DNA of 64,000 nt from Schmidtea nova (lineage: Eukaryota): contig CM097882.1 in assembly GCA_044892505.1 (NCBI GenBank), positions 438,898,001-438,962,000 of the forward strand, written 5' to 3'. Shown here one piece after another: positions 11,810 through 23,717 of the stretch (positions are counted from its first letter, which is position 1; each line of letters opens with the position of its first letter). A model generated the notes under the pieces. The model was given only the letters and a program-made list of their open reading frames with translations. It was not told where the DNA came from and ran no database searches. The translations under genes and the position numbers were made by a program.

Positions 11810-13669
11810 ATGTACAATAGCAATCAACCCGACAGACAATCAAATAGACAATTCAATCAGCACCCAAACAAACAATTCAAACAACACAACCAACCCAATC
11901 GTCAACACCCATACAAACAAAGTCAATCCCACAGTCAATCGTTCGAAAAGTACGATTAAATGTTCAAACAAAACGAGCAACCCGCATCTTATCAAAAATA
12001 CACCTGTTTTATAAACAAACTGGGAAACAGTTTTTATAAAAATAGCCAAAACAAAATCAGTACAGACGGACAACCCATCACCATAAGAAATTTCCCTAAC
12101 CAAGTCTGCACACCCAACGAAACGAAGATAGACATCGAAGAGAGAGAACTGAGCATAATCAAATTTAATGATGCTCGAAGAGTCAAACTCCGAGAACTCA
12201 TTGGGAGTTTCGACCAATATAAAAATGTGGATAAAGCGGTGGTAGAAGGTAAAAAAGTACCTCACCAGTTAACATTCCACATCACAAAAACCGAGGTATC
12301 GATTTGCCAAAACAAAATCCCACTTATGACAACAAGCAATTGCTCGCTCGTAATCAAATTAATCAGAAAAGACAGGAGCATGAGTAACGATTTTAACGAG
12401 TTACTAATACAAATGAATAGCCTACCCTGCGTTATTGCGATAGAAATAATTTATATTCCAACAATGCCAAATCCGTTCAGGCAACTAGAGAGCATTCCAT
12501 CATCTATCAAATTAACAGAAGATCTAATAAAAAGAAGAATCTCATTCACCCAACAAGAACTGTCTATGGAAGAAAGGCATGAATTAATAGTGTTTCTGGA
12601 TATCAAGTTAATAACGGACATCAACGGAAACCAAAGGCCAGTAGAAATCAGCATAAGAGACGATCAGGGCAGTACAATATATGATAAAAAGATAACCCCA
12701 AGATCAATGATCAGAGATTTCAAAATTGAAAGAACCAGAGCAACTAAAGAAAACATTATAGGAAACGAGGATGAATATCAGGCATTAAATGATGTCAGAA
12801 GCATATTATATGGAAAAATAATAATAGGATTCGGAATAATGGATAAACTCAAAACACTGGCAATGAAAATCAATTATGTCATGGGGATCCGAGAGATGGA
12901 AGAAGATCAGTTCATGTGCACATTCGTGAAGAATGTAGAACCGCACAAAATTAAACTATCCAACTTGGCATACCAAGTTGTAAGTCATCATAAACGATGG
13001 TTCAAGGACAAGAGGGTAAACGAATTATTAAGAAGACCAGAACCATTTTCAGGATCAGAAACCACCAAATTGGTCAAAATAATATACATGATAACAGAAA
13101 CCCAATGGGAAGAGGTAATTAAATGGAACCAAAGAAGATTCCAAGAAGAGATGGATCCAAGAAATAGAGCAAACATAGAAAATAAAGGACAATCCAATAA
13201 CGATAACAACTGGGAAAGTGAATCAGAAGGAGAGGAGGAAGAAATTCTACAAACATCTACAGAAGAATCAACAGCTAGTGACGATGACTTTATTTTCATC
13301 AGCGAAACAAGAACAACCAACATGGAAATGAGGGAAACAAAAAGAGAACCAGTCGTACGACAGGAAAAAATGGAGGAATGTGACCTGGATCCAGAAGAGG
13401 AATATTTTTCACTTGAAGAAGAAGTAGAAATGGATCAGATACCGAGTACAAGTTATCAAGAAACCGATATAGGGTCAGAACCCGAGATCGAAATATTGCC
13501 GGAAGAACTCACAACCACAGAAAAGGATACCTGCGTTGGAAAACAATTCAGGAAGGACCTTTTAACATTCAGAAAAGAACAGAGGAAGACAATCATCCAA
13601 GTGAAAGAAAAAGAAATCGAACTCGTCATATCAGATAAAGGTAATGAGGGCATTACCTTGACGGCCTAG
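11810..13669 (+). CDS. Accessory 3' ORF: Q/N-rich N-terminus, REX4/ISG20-like DEDD exonuclease fold with degenerate active site, acidic C-terminus
   Basis: ATG 11810 in frame with 11960 across one TAA (11957-11959); IVFLDIK...EISIRDDQGSTIYDKKITP...ILYGKIIIGFGIMD...IKLSNLA at 12587-13092. Confidence 0.7.
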
Positions 13670-13676
13670 GGAGGTA
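13668..13676 (+). promoter_or_regulatory. Polypurine tract
   Basis: AGGGAGGTA immediately before the 3' LTR. Confidence 0.8.
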
Positions 13677-14680
13677 TGTTGGATGACGAGGGAAGACGCA
13701 TAGAAGCATTCAAAGTCAATAAATATTATCATATTGGCAACAATAGATACCGAATAAATATATATCTAGAAAAGTAACCCCCGATCAAATCTCAGCTATC
13801 TCAATCTCAATCATTCAAAGTATCAATTGTCCGTCCCAATCGTTCGAAATCACTTTCAAAAGTAACTCTCTAAAACTCTGATCAATCATTAACTATTGTC
13901 TGTCATCAATCAAACTCAAAACCTGTCTAATCCTTCATTTGTGATCATCAATTAAATCATTGTCTAACAATTTACAACCCTATCTTTGTGATCATCATCT
14001 GACTAATTAGTGAATTTTATTTTATCCCCACAAACAATCAAAACTGTTATTTTATTAAATTATGAAAAATTTTGTAGTTTAAAACTTTATTTTATTATTA
14101 GTTAGATTTTATTATTTTTTATTATTGTAAAAAATTTTTTATTTTATTATTAGTTAAAATTTATTATTGTTCATGTGAATGTCGCAAAACAAAATTTATT
14201 AAATGTCGTGGCATAAATCGATTTAATTTTCCAAGTGAAAGGAATTTACTGTAAATAAAACAATTTTAATAAATGTCAGCACAAATTTCAAATTTTCCAG
14301 GTGAAAGGAATTTACTGTAAATAAAACAATTTTAAATGTCAGCACAAATTTCAGTATATAAGGCAATGACAATTTAGTCAAATTGCCATAAAATCAAAGG
14401 TAAAATTTTGCGGTTAAATTTTGCTCTCTCAGGTACAAATCATGTAGAGCTTTTAAAATCGACCGGTTGGTCAAAAACATATAAAATTTAAAACTTGTTG
14501 AAGTTAAATTGAAGGTGTGAAAGTATAGAATATCTATTTGTACACAATTATCGGTAATAATTTTGTTAATCTTGTTATTAAATAAATCTTATTAACAAAC
14601 GTTTATTGTCTTAGTTTATTTATATAGGAACCACCAACCCCCAGTTGAGATTTCAAATACACATATTTGAGACCTCAACA
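13677..14680 (+). repeat. 3' LTR (1004 bp)
   Basis: Same length and apparent sequence as 1344-2347. Confidence 0.97.
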
Positions 14681-14972
14681 CAGTTGATTTGAGGGAAATC
14701 TTCTTCCTAAAAATAACATTTAAAATCGATAGTTATAATAAGGAATTTAAATTGTCATAATAGAAATTACCCAATAGGAATTAATGCATCTTGCTTACCC
14801 ATCTATATAGAATTTCTTTCGATCGGGGGAACATGGATATCCTTGACGGGAAGAGGTAGGAATTTTATTCTATAGGTGAGATATAATTTAAGATGCTAAA
14901 TGTTGACAAAAATTTGTAAAAAAATCTTAAAAATTTTTTAATATAAAGTTAGTAACAAATTATGTAATTACT

Positions 14973-15600
14973 TGTTGCCGTTGTCAAGGCCTCGGCAAAT
15001 TTTTGAAAATTCAGAAATTAAAGTTTTAATAAAATTATCATTATAAATATATTTTAAATACAGCAAGTTAGACATTAGGTATAGGGGATAAGTAAAATTT
15101 AGTTAAATTTACTGACACAAAAATATACAAATTTAAAAAGTCTAGAAAATAATAAAGTTTAGTTAAAATTGACAGAAATCAAATACCCCGAATATATGTG
15201 TTGATCAAAGATTATTCAATCTCCGAATTGAGTTTGCGATTATATGCTTAAGTATGAGCTTGCAAATAAAAATAAATGCGCGAAAACCCCTGTGCGTTTT
15301 TATATTGATGGAACTATTTATGTTTTCTTTTAAATTGAAATGAATATCCGTAGTTAAATCGTTGAACAAGGGACGAAAATGGGCATTAAACCTTCTATCG
15401 GTAACACTTGGACCCAGTAGATATTCGGTCAATCATAGTTTTGTATTGACGACGCTCACTGATTGCGAATACCCACCCATTTGTTGCATTACCAACGTTA
15501 CATTGTGACGGGCAACGAGATGGTTAATTCAATATTTTATGTGTTGAATTGTTGATGTGAGCCATAGCAAAGTCAAGGTCATATTGACGATCAACAACCT
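14973..15600 (+). repeat. Degenerate LTR-like relic (family B), internally deleted relative to 27510-29017
   Basis: 14975-15300 matches 27520-27830, and 15345-15600 matches 28775-29011. Confidence 0.7.
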
Positions 15601-15604
15601 ACCA

Positions 15605-16272
15605 GTACGCAAAATTCTGATTTTCGCCATTTTGATGGCGGTATATATATACCTCTTTCTGTGTGATACCTTCATTGATGTATTAAAACAAATTGTTCTA
15701 GAAGGAGTTTCTAATCTTTTCTAAATTAATTCCAACAATCTTCCGTAAAATTAAATTAATAATTTTACATTAAATTTTCATAAAACTTTAAATAATTTAA
15801 ATAAAAAAAAACTTTAAATAACCAAAATTTTACATCTGAATTAAAGTTTATTCTAATTTGATTTAATTTGTTGCATTTTCGATCAAAATTTCTTTCTTTT
15901 ATATTTTACTGCATTTTCAATAGGAAATCGCAATCTTCCTTCTAAAAACATGCTAAATTTCTACAACTGAGGTTTTATGACGTGAATGCGTTCTCCAGGA
16001 GCATATTCAATGTGTTTTCCGCCTTTTCTAGCTATTTAAACGTTCTTCTTTTAACCAATTTTTGTTTTACTTGATGTTTTGGTTTTTTGGGCCTGTATAT
16101 TAGAACTTCGTGCGTTCTCTACTTGTTAGTGCGCTTTGCCCGCTTTAATATTTAGGTGTGTTTTCACTTAACAACTTCGGTTTTACTTGATGTTTTGGTT
16201 AAATTAGAATCTTGCGCGCTCTCTACTTATTGTGTTACCGCTTCATTTAAACAATTTGCAGTTTTGGCCCAA
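15605..16272 (+). repeat. Dispersed repeat (family A), inverted relative to 20205-20850
   Basis: For example GCCATTTTGATGGCGGTATATATA and GAATCTTGCGCGCTCTCTACTTAT recur reverse-complemented at 20.2-20.85 kb. Confidence 0.85.
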
Positions 16273-16511
16273 CATAAATTATGGCTTAAATTTACCTTTG
16301 AAAGATACATAACCTAATCCACTATATAAGAGATGATATATTGAAATAATTTAATTAAAATTATGGCAAAACTTTTAATTTCACTATTTGAGTTTCTTTA
16401 TGTATTCATAAACCATTTTTAATTGATAAATATTTTCTATTTTAATTTATTTTAAATTTACATTTGTTTAAGTACTTGTTTAAATAACATAACTTAATCC
16501 GATGGAAAATT

Positions 16512-17409
16512 ATGGTGGACGCTAATATGAATTATATGACAATAGCTTCCTTAGTCCTGGGAGTTTTATTTTTAACCTGGCGAGATTTAAGTAGTTCCAG
16601 TAATGCCCAAGAAAGTCCTAAAACTATTCCAAAGCCTAAAATGGCGAGTTTTGCTGTACCAACTTTAAAATTCTTATACTGGTTTGTTGTTTTTTTAATA
16701 ACACATAAATCGTTATTGTTGTCTAGTTATTCCTGAGGTTACCGGCGGGTGTTTGAGGAATTTTCACAAATGATTCAGCAACGCTATCCATTGTTACGAA
16801 TCGAAGGTGATAATTATCCTCCACCCCCAATTAGAAAAACATTAGCCTCTTTATTGGGTTCCATAAAATTTATCGTTATTATTGCTGTTGTTATCGGAAT
16901 TAACCCATTTCAACTTTTAAATGTTGAAACTCCGAGAGCATTTCAGTATGCCTATGATAATAAGGTACATTTATTGATATATTATTTATTAAATTAAGAT
17001 TGATAATGTTTAATTTAATATCATTATATTTTTAAATATAAATACACCAGAAATATTAAATTTGAGCATAATATAACCTTTATAAATTAAATTAATATAT
17101 GAAACATTAATTGCATTTTAGATTTATTTTTGCATGATGGTGTTCTTTCTCAGTAATGCAATTGAAAGTCAACTAATATCGACTGGTGCGTTTGAAGTCC
17201 AATATAATGGTAAATTAATTTACTTAGGGATTTTGTTTTTTATTCCTGTTTTAGATTATCCAATTTGGTCTAAGTTAGAAACAGGTCGTGTCCCATCACC
17301 TCAAGAACTCTTTCAAATAATTGAGAATCAAAATTTCGACAAGCAAAAGTCAAATTCTATCCCCTCTATCCAACCCAATCACAATAATTTCGTTAGTAAT
17401 GATTTATAA
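16512..17409 (+). CDS. SELENOT: Selenoprotein T (4 exons: 16512-16681, 16727-16964, 17122-17209, 17255-17409; Sec UGA at 16734-16736)
   Basis: GT-AG introns of 45, 157 and 45 nt give FLYC-YS-U-GYRRVFEEF (CxxU), ...CMMVFFLSNAIE...STGAFEV...PIWSKLETGRVPS; signal peptide; SECIS downstream. Confidence 0.97.
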
Positions 17410-17434
17410 TTTTGCTACAGTTCCAATTGTTCCT

Positions 17435-17501
17435 GGTTGTCCAGTGATAGGCTAGGAGAAAATCTTCAATGGAAGATCTCTCGGCCTGGATGTTATCAGC
17501 C
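17435..17501 (+). ncRNA. SECIS element, type II, GUGA core
   Basis: Helix I GGTTG/CAGCC; GTGA...GA quartet; helix II AGGCTAGGAG/CTCTCGGCCT; unpaired AAA; apical mini-stem ATCTT/AAGAT. Confidence 0.92.
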
Positions 17502-18628
17502 GATAATTCTTGGAACTTATTTTTGCAATGTTTTTAAATATATATATATTATTGTTTTGAATCGATTTCGTTTTTGTTAGACGTTGAAAAGTTTGCATTG
17601 TTGTTACTTGTATGTGTTTTAATTTTGCATATTTAAATTATTTGCAATCACGTGATTGAATCACATTTCCATTTTGATTCAAGCAAATAATGTAATTGCA
17701 ACAATTTTTGTTTCATTTGAATGATTAATTAATTCAACTGTTGCATTTGAAATAACTGGATTGTTTACGGTTAGTATTTTGTGCAATTAATGTATACGGA
17801 ATTTGCTAAATTACTGAACCTGGTTCCTGAGCATATATACATCTGTGATTGTTTTGGGACGTTTATATAAGGAAAACTGTAGAACCTAGCATACTCGCTT
17901 TTAAAATTATTTTGGGGCGCGTGTTGTGTATATGTTGCTTACTTATGTTTATAATCATTAACAAATAAAAATAAAACTTTCAAAAATTATTAAATTATTA
18001 TTTAACAGTAAAAAACAAAACTAGTAATCACTAATTTAATTAAAGATAGTTGAGTTCTAGTGTTAAAATGGTACAATTTTCCTTGGTTTTCCTATCTTTC
18101 AGTTTCTTAATATATTCCCTTCGTTATTGATTATTTAATTTTCCAATCTTTAAATTTTTATTGTCAAATTCCTATAGCAATTGATTTTGAAATATTTAAT
18201 TTAATTAATATTCATTTTTAAAATGCTACGTTCATGTTTCAAGTCCTCAAAAAATACACACTTTAAACTTCATTGAACCTTTTTTCCATTCATAGCTCAA
18301 TAAACAAATAAAAAGGGAGAACCAACATGCGCTCGCGACAAATTCTATAAAATTGAATCTATACAATGATCATTAACTCGAAAATTAATGAGATACTTTC
18401 AAGTAGCATAATAGTGCTCATTAATGTCATCAAAAGTTGATATTTATGGATGCCTCCGATTTCCTGTCATTTGTTGGGCTAACCAATTGACATGAAGGAG
18501 AAAAGAATAGATTAAAAATATAACTAAAAATACAAACAATTAGAATAACGAGGTAAAACCTAAAATAAATAGAAATAAAACTAAGAATATATAAAATTAA
18601 CTAACATTTACAAATAATTACTGAGCAC

Positions 18629-19147
18629 CAGCGCCGTGCTGTAACTTTTGGGGGCCCTGTGCAGAAACTAAAAATTTTTTTTTAATTTGAATTAATTTTT
18701 TATTGATTTTATTTAAAAAAATAATACAAAGCAATTATAAAGTAATTTTTCTAGCTTTTTTGCTGGCAAATTCATTAATTATATCATTGTAATCAATTGC
18801 TCTGGCTGTTGCATTTCCAATCGGCAGTATTGCCAATCCAGGAAGTCTTTCCTGTGACATTGTAGACCGTAGATAATTTTCAATTAATTTTAGTTTTGAA
18901 AACGATCGTTCACAATGAGCAAAGGTAAAATGGGTACTGTTAAAATTATTCGATATATGATACATACATTTGGATCTAATTCTTCCAAACTTCTTTCTAA
19001 AATGTATTCCAAATTCTCCATACTAGTATAATTATCTTCTAAAATATATTTTTGCTAATGGAGAAGTTTTTCCAATGTATTTAATATTTGGGGACCCCTC
19101 AAAAATTGGGGGCCCAGTGCCATTGCACTTGCGATTGTACGGCGCTG
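18629..19147 (-). mobile_element. Non-autonomous hAT element (519 bp)
   Basis: TIRs CAGCGCCGT(G/A)C; 8-bp TSD CTGAGCAC; transposase C-terminal fragment CERSFSKLKLIENYLRSTMSQERL. Confidence 0.93.
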
Positions 19148-19465
19148 CTGAGCACAGAGTGTCCGACGGAGATGAGGAAAATCTACAATAAAATTAGCAT
19201 GAATTATAAAATAAAATATTAGAAATAAAAGTACTTACAATTATGTCATTGAATGGATTCCGAGCCAGCTAACGGAAACTTGAAATATAAATAAAATTTT
19301 TAAGTTAAATAAACAATAAATTACTGTAGAATTAGGCGGTAGACCAATTCTGATTGGTTAATTTGGGAAGCCAAATTAGTATATATACTGAAGCTAAAAT
19401 CAGTAGATCAGCATAAGTTTTAGTACAATGAAACTAAGTTTCATTAAGCGAAATTCTCAAATATC

Positions 19466-20200
19466 CAGGGCCGGCTGTATGTTTTGCGGGGCCTCGGGAA
19501 AATATTATATGAGGGCCTCCTTCCTAAAAAAGAAATGATACATGAACATAATTTTATCAATTCATTTAATGAAATATTTATTTCTTAAATATATACAATA
19601 ATATACATACATAAACAATATTTTTTTTATTCCTATTTCGTACACACTTTACCGCTAATTACTCAATAATATCATCAAAATTTATCTGTTTTGTTACCTC
19701 CTGCTCTATTGACAACATAGCCACCCCCTCTAACCTATCTTGTTGCATGGTTGGTCTTAGATAATTTTGAATTATTTAAGTTCTTTATCTACAGTTCTTT
19801 ATAAATTGAGAATGCTATTACAATACATTGTTTTTTATTTATTTTGTTTGTCCACTTAATTGTGAAAAATGTCCTTTCTTTAAAGCTGAGAATTCAATAG
19901 TGGAATACCAATAGTGATATACCATACCTTATTTTTGTGTGACAAACTGCATATCGATATTTTGAGATTGTGATAGCATCATTCGAAGAAATAAAAGTGA
20001 TTTTATTTGATTGTCGTTTTTGATTTTTCTGTCGGGTAAATCTTCATAACGTTTTCATTTCCCCATAAAATACATTGATGAACAGCCTTTGTGGTGAAAT
20101 CCAGGAGGTTGAGCCGCACCGTCGTGACTATCAGAGTTATGTGGGTCGTGGAAAATAACTAAACTAAATCCAAATGGGTTTTCACCTAATTTATGGTAAT
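19466..20200 (-). mobile_element. Truncated hAT relic
   Basis: One end CAGGGCCGGC; minus-strand NYLRPTMQQDRLEGVAMLSIEQE dimerisation-domain fragment; second TIR not found. Confidence 0.65.
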
Positions 20201-20204
20201 CCAA

Positions 20205-20850
20205 GTGTTGGGCAAAAACTGCAAATTGTTTTAATAAAGCAGTAACCCCATAAGTAGAGAGCGCGCAAGATTCAATTTTAACCCAAACATCCATTAAAAA
20301 CCGAAGCGATTAAGTGAGAAACACCAAAAAGGTGAAGTGGACTCAAGCACATCAACCAGTCGAGAACGCGCTAGCTGTGAATTTGCAAGTCCTTACACTG
20401 AAACCTCAAGAAAAATTAAAAGTCGTCAAAAGAAGAACGTTTGAAAGTTATAATAGGCGGAAAACCCATTGAAAATGAGCATAAAGAACAGAATTGTGTC
20501 ATAAAACTTCAGTGCAGAAAAATTAACAAAATTTTAGAAGAAAATTGTGATTTTATCATAAAATTTCACATTAAAGATAAAAAGAACTAATCTTGAACGA
20601 AATATAGCAAATACAATAAAATTGAATAAAATTTGATTCAAAAATAAAAATCTTTGGATTAAATAAATTATTTATGGTTTAAAAAAATTTTTACATAAAA
20701 ATATGGATTTAATTTTGCGGAAAATTATAAATATTAATTTCGAGAAATTAAAAAGAACATTCTAGAACAATTTGTTTTACTGCATTAGTGAAGGTAGCAC
20801 ACAATCAATGGTATATATACCGCCATCAAAATGGCAAAAAAACAGAATTT
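20205..20850 (-). repeat. Dispersed repeat (family A), second copy
   Basis: Reverse complement matches 15605-16272. Confidence 0.85.
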
Positions 20851-22861
20851 GTGAGAAAATTTTATTTAAAAAACTTTATTTCCTTTTTGGTCGCCGAAGA
20901 GCCATCATTTTAGAAGAATTTGATCATTTCAGAAAAATTAAATCCTATCCGTAGAATTAAATCATTTCAGAAGAATTTATTCATTACAGAAGAAGGCAGA
21001 AGTTAAGAATCCCTCTAAAGAAGACACCACTTGGTCCTTTGATACTACTAAAAGATCCCGCGTCGTGGAATATTAATGTGAGAATTTGTCTTTATTTTTT
21101 GAGTATGGGATCATCAATCGTCAATACCGTTGATCATCTCATGCCCAGTAACTTGGTTATTTTTATATTTACTTGTTTTATTTATTTATTTATTATTTAT
21201 TCATAATTTATTACTAAAATTTATATGAAAATATTAATTTTATATGTTGAATGACTCGTTTGCCTTTATTTTATTCATTATTCTATTAAGATACTGTCAC
21301 AAATCCCCACATTGAACAACAATTTATTTTACATAATATTTATGGCATAATGATAAAAATAATTTTTTTTTCGCTTCCATACCCCCTGACACCTGTTCTG
21401 GCCTTGTGCCGAACGAGTGGAAGTAGCCTGAGCGGATCGCTGGTTCGATTCGTAATCGATCAGTCCATTTTTCCGACTTCAGATGATACGCCCAAACATC
21501 CATGATCACTTTATCCCAACTGGGGAACAGTAGCTTGGCCAAGGGCAAGGTGTTATATTAATGATCTGTAATTTATAGTAGTGTATTTTATCTGAATTAT
21601 ATTTTAACATAATGTGCACTTAAAACCTGATATTGCATAAAAACACTAATGTCAACACATCCAACAATGTCTTTTCCATCATACAAATTATCAGTACAAG
21701 AATATTCAACTCGTTATTCGCCTTCACTCTCACAACAATTGTCATCTTATCCGAAAATACAAGTAGAATAAAAGCCAATATTGAAAAGAGAATCGTTCAA
21801 AATAATGCTCAAAACTGATAAAATAATCACCACGAAACGAAATATGAAGACAAGTATTGATTGATTTGAACTAAACCTCATTAAATGTATGGTTATCTAA
21901 ATAATTTACTCCAGTGAACCTTGGTTTCGGGAGCCTGAAGTTCTCAAGTGAAGTGTCTCGAAAACTTCGCGTGCACTTTGATCGGGAAATTCACTCTTGA
22001 ACGAAACCGAAATTCACCTTACTTGACGTCGAAAACTATTATGAATTAGAGTTGATTTTGAATGATAACCAAACAAAGATACAAAAGCTGAAATCAAAAT
22101 TTTATTATGAAAATTACTTTAGATTAGCAGATTTGAATCTTTGTGAAAAATTACCGATCAAGAATTTTATTATAAAAGCATTTGTATGGCGGTTGATAAA
22201 TTTTAAGTTATTTCTTTATTTTAATATATTTAGAAAAATTTATGAATTAAAATTTTAGTTATTGTGAAAAATGCAAATCTTAATTATAAAACCAGAATTT
22301 ACTTTTTAAGAATTATATCATGGAAAAATTTAAAGTACCAAAATTTTTATTCTTTTTAAAAAAATAATAAAAAATTTATAAATCGAGCCCTCATATTAGT
22401 TGGAAAAATTAAAATTTTTTTTAAATATAAAAAATATAAATCGAAAATTTTATTGTACTTCATAAAATTCAAATTTTAAAAATTTAACTAAAAAGATTTA
22501 TTGATAATAAAATTATTACTTTATTGTAAAAATTTAATTTTATATTTATGTAATTTATTAGTTCATAAATTAACCCCCACGTTATTATAAAAGATATAAT
22601 ACATCCATATTTGCAAAGCAATACATCCACACCATTCATTAACACCATCTAGTGACTGCATTACCGGTAAACGGTAAATCAATTTACCGGTTTTACCGTC
22701 ATTTTTCCTTTACCGAATTACCGGTAAATTTTAGTTTATTTACCGGTAAAACGGTAAATTAATTAACTTTTTTACGAAATTAAAACAATCTAAATTCTAA
22801 ATAACGATATGAATTACAATGTATAGAAAAGCATTTATATAATAGATATTTATATATCTAG

Positions 22862-22984
22862 ATTCTAGAACAAGAAATTGTTATTTTGCGCACGAGCGAA
22901 TTTTTACTATTCGAGGGTTACACCGCGTAGCCGAGAAGAATAATTTCTTTGAGAGCGCAAAATAACAATTTCTTGTTCTAGAAT
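22862..22984. repeat. 30-bp perfect inverted repeat with a ~63-bp spacer (MITE-like)
   Basis: ATTCTAGAACAAGAAATTGTTATTTTGCGC at 22862-22891; its reverse complement at 22955-22984. Confidence 0.85.
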
Positions 22985-23717
22985 TGTATATTAAATTTTT
23001 CCTGACAGAATATTTTTGCTTTCTTTTAAATACGCATACTATGATATTTAAAAAACAAAGAAAACAAAAATTAAATAAATTTGTTTTATGTTTAAACAGG
23101 TTTAATCAATAGAATACCCAAAATATAAAATTTCTATGTATTGTTTTTTTGGTATCGATTTTTTTTAATGTTTTAAGAGAGAGAAATGAAATAGAAATCT
23201 GAAATAAACACAAAAAATTATAAAACGTATTTTTATCTTGCAGAGTAAAAATGAAATCCAATTGGTTTTCGTATTGCCTACCACTACTAAAACGTGTTTC
23301 AAAGAAATTTGCAGTGACACTCATAATTCAAAAATCGTTTGGAAAAAAACGTATCAAAAATATAACCATCTCTTTTATCCTTTTCATGTAATATTTTTTC
23401 TGTTTTGCTACATTTTATTTTCTAAAATGAGTAGTCCATTTGTATGTTCGTTTTAAACTATAAAAAAAGAAGACATTTATTTTTTATGTACCTACTGTTT
23501 GCACTCTTCTAACACGAAAATAAAAAAAGAAACTTTTTCGGAGTGATAAGTTTACAATTACAATTTTGAGGAAATTAATGAGTAAAATAATAATTGTGTA
23601 TTTTTAAATTACTAATCCATTAATCATTAAAATATCACGGTATGTATTTATAATTTGGTATTAAATTTTGTTGAATATTTACTTGATTAAAATCTTTGTT
23701 GTTAGCCCTATTAAACA

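Larger units (their letters stand above)
1344..14680 (+). mobile_element. Giant env-bearing Ty3/Gypsy LTR retrotransposon with multiple accessory domains (13,337 bp)
   Basis: TG...CA LTRs at 1344-2347 and 13677-14680; 4-bp TSD CAGT (1340-1343, 14681-14684); PBS; PPT; PR-RT-RH-IN order. Confidence 0.97.

Noticed and set aside
5777-11959. Isolated in-frame TAA/TAG codons suggesting a ciliate-type code or programmed readthrough
   Set aside because: SelT ends at TAA and other ORFs use standard stops; frameshifts accompany these stops, so decay is the simpler explanation
11960-12580. Possible GDSL/SGNH esterase ahead of the exonuclease domain
   Set aside because: No GDS(L) or DxxH motif; left unassigned
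3316-13653. Hydrophobic minus-strand ORFs across the large element (for example 4822-5352, 7977-8456, 11840-12265)
   Set aside because: Antisense shadows of A-rich plus-strand coding sequence; no motifs
17392-17420. Possible 29-nt intron (GTTAGT...TACAG) at the SelT 3' end
   Set aside because: Splicing would extend the frame to the SECIS GUGA itself, and it is shorter than the other introns; TAA at 17407-17409 is preferred
21324-21548. Relatively GC-rich minus-strand ORF (LLFPSWDKVIMDVWAYHLKSEKW)
   Set aside because: No recognisable family and no consistent splice partners; cannot be called
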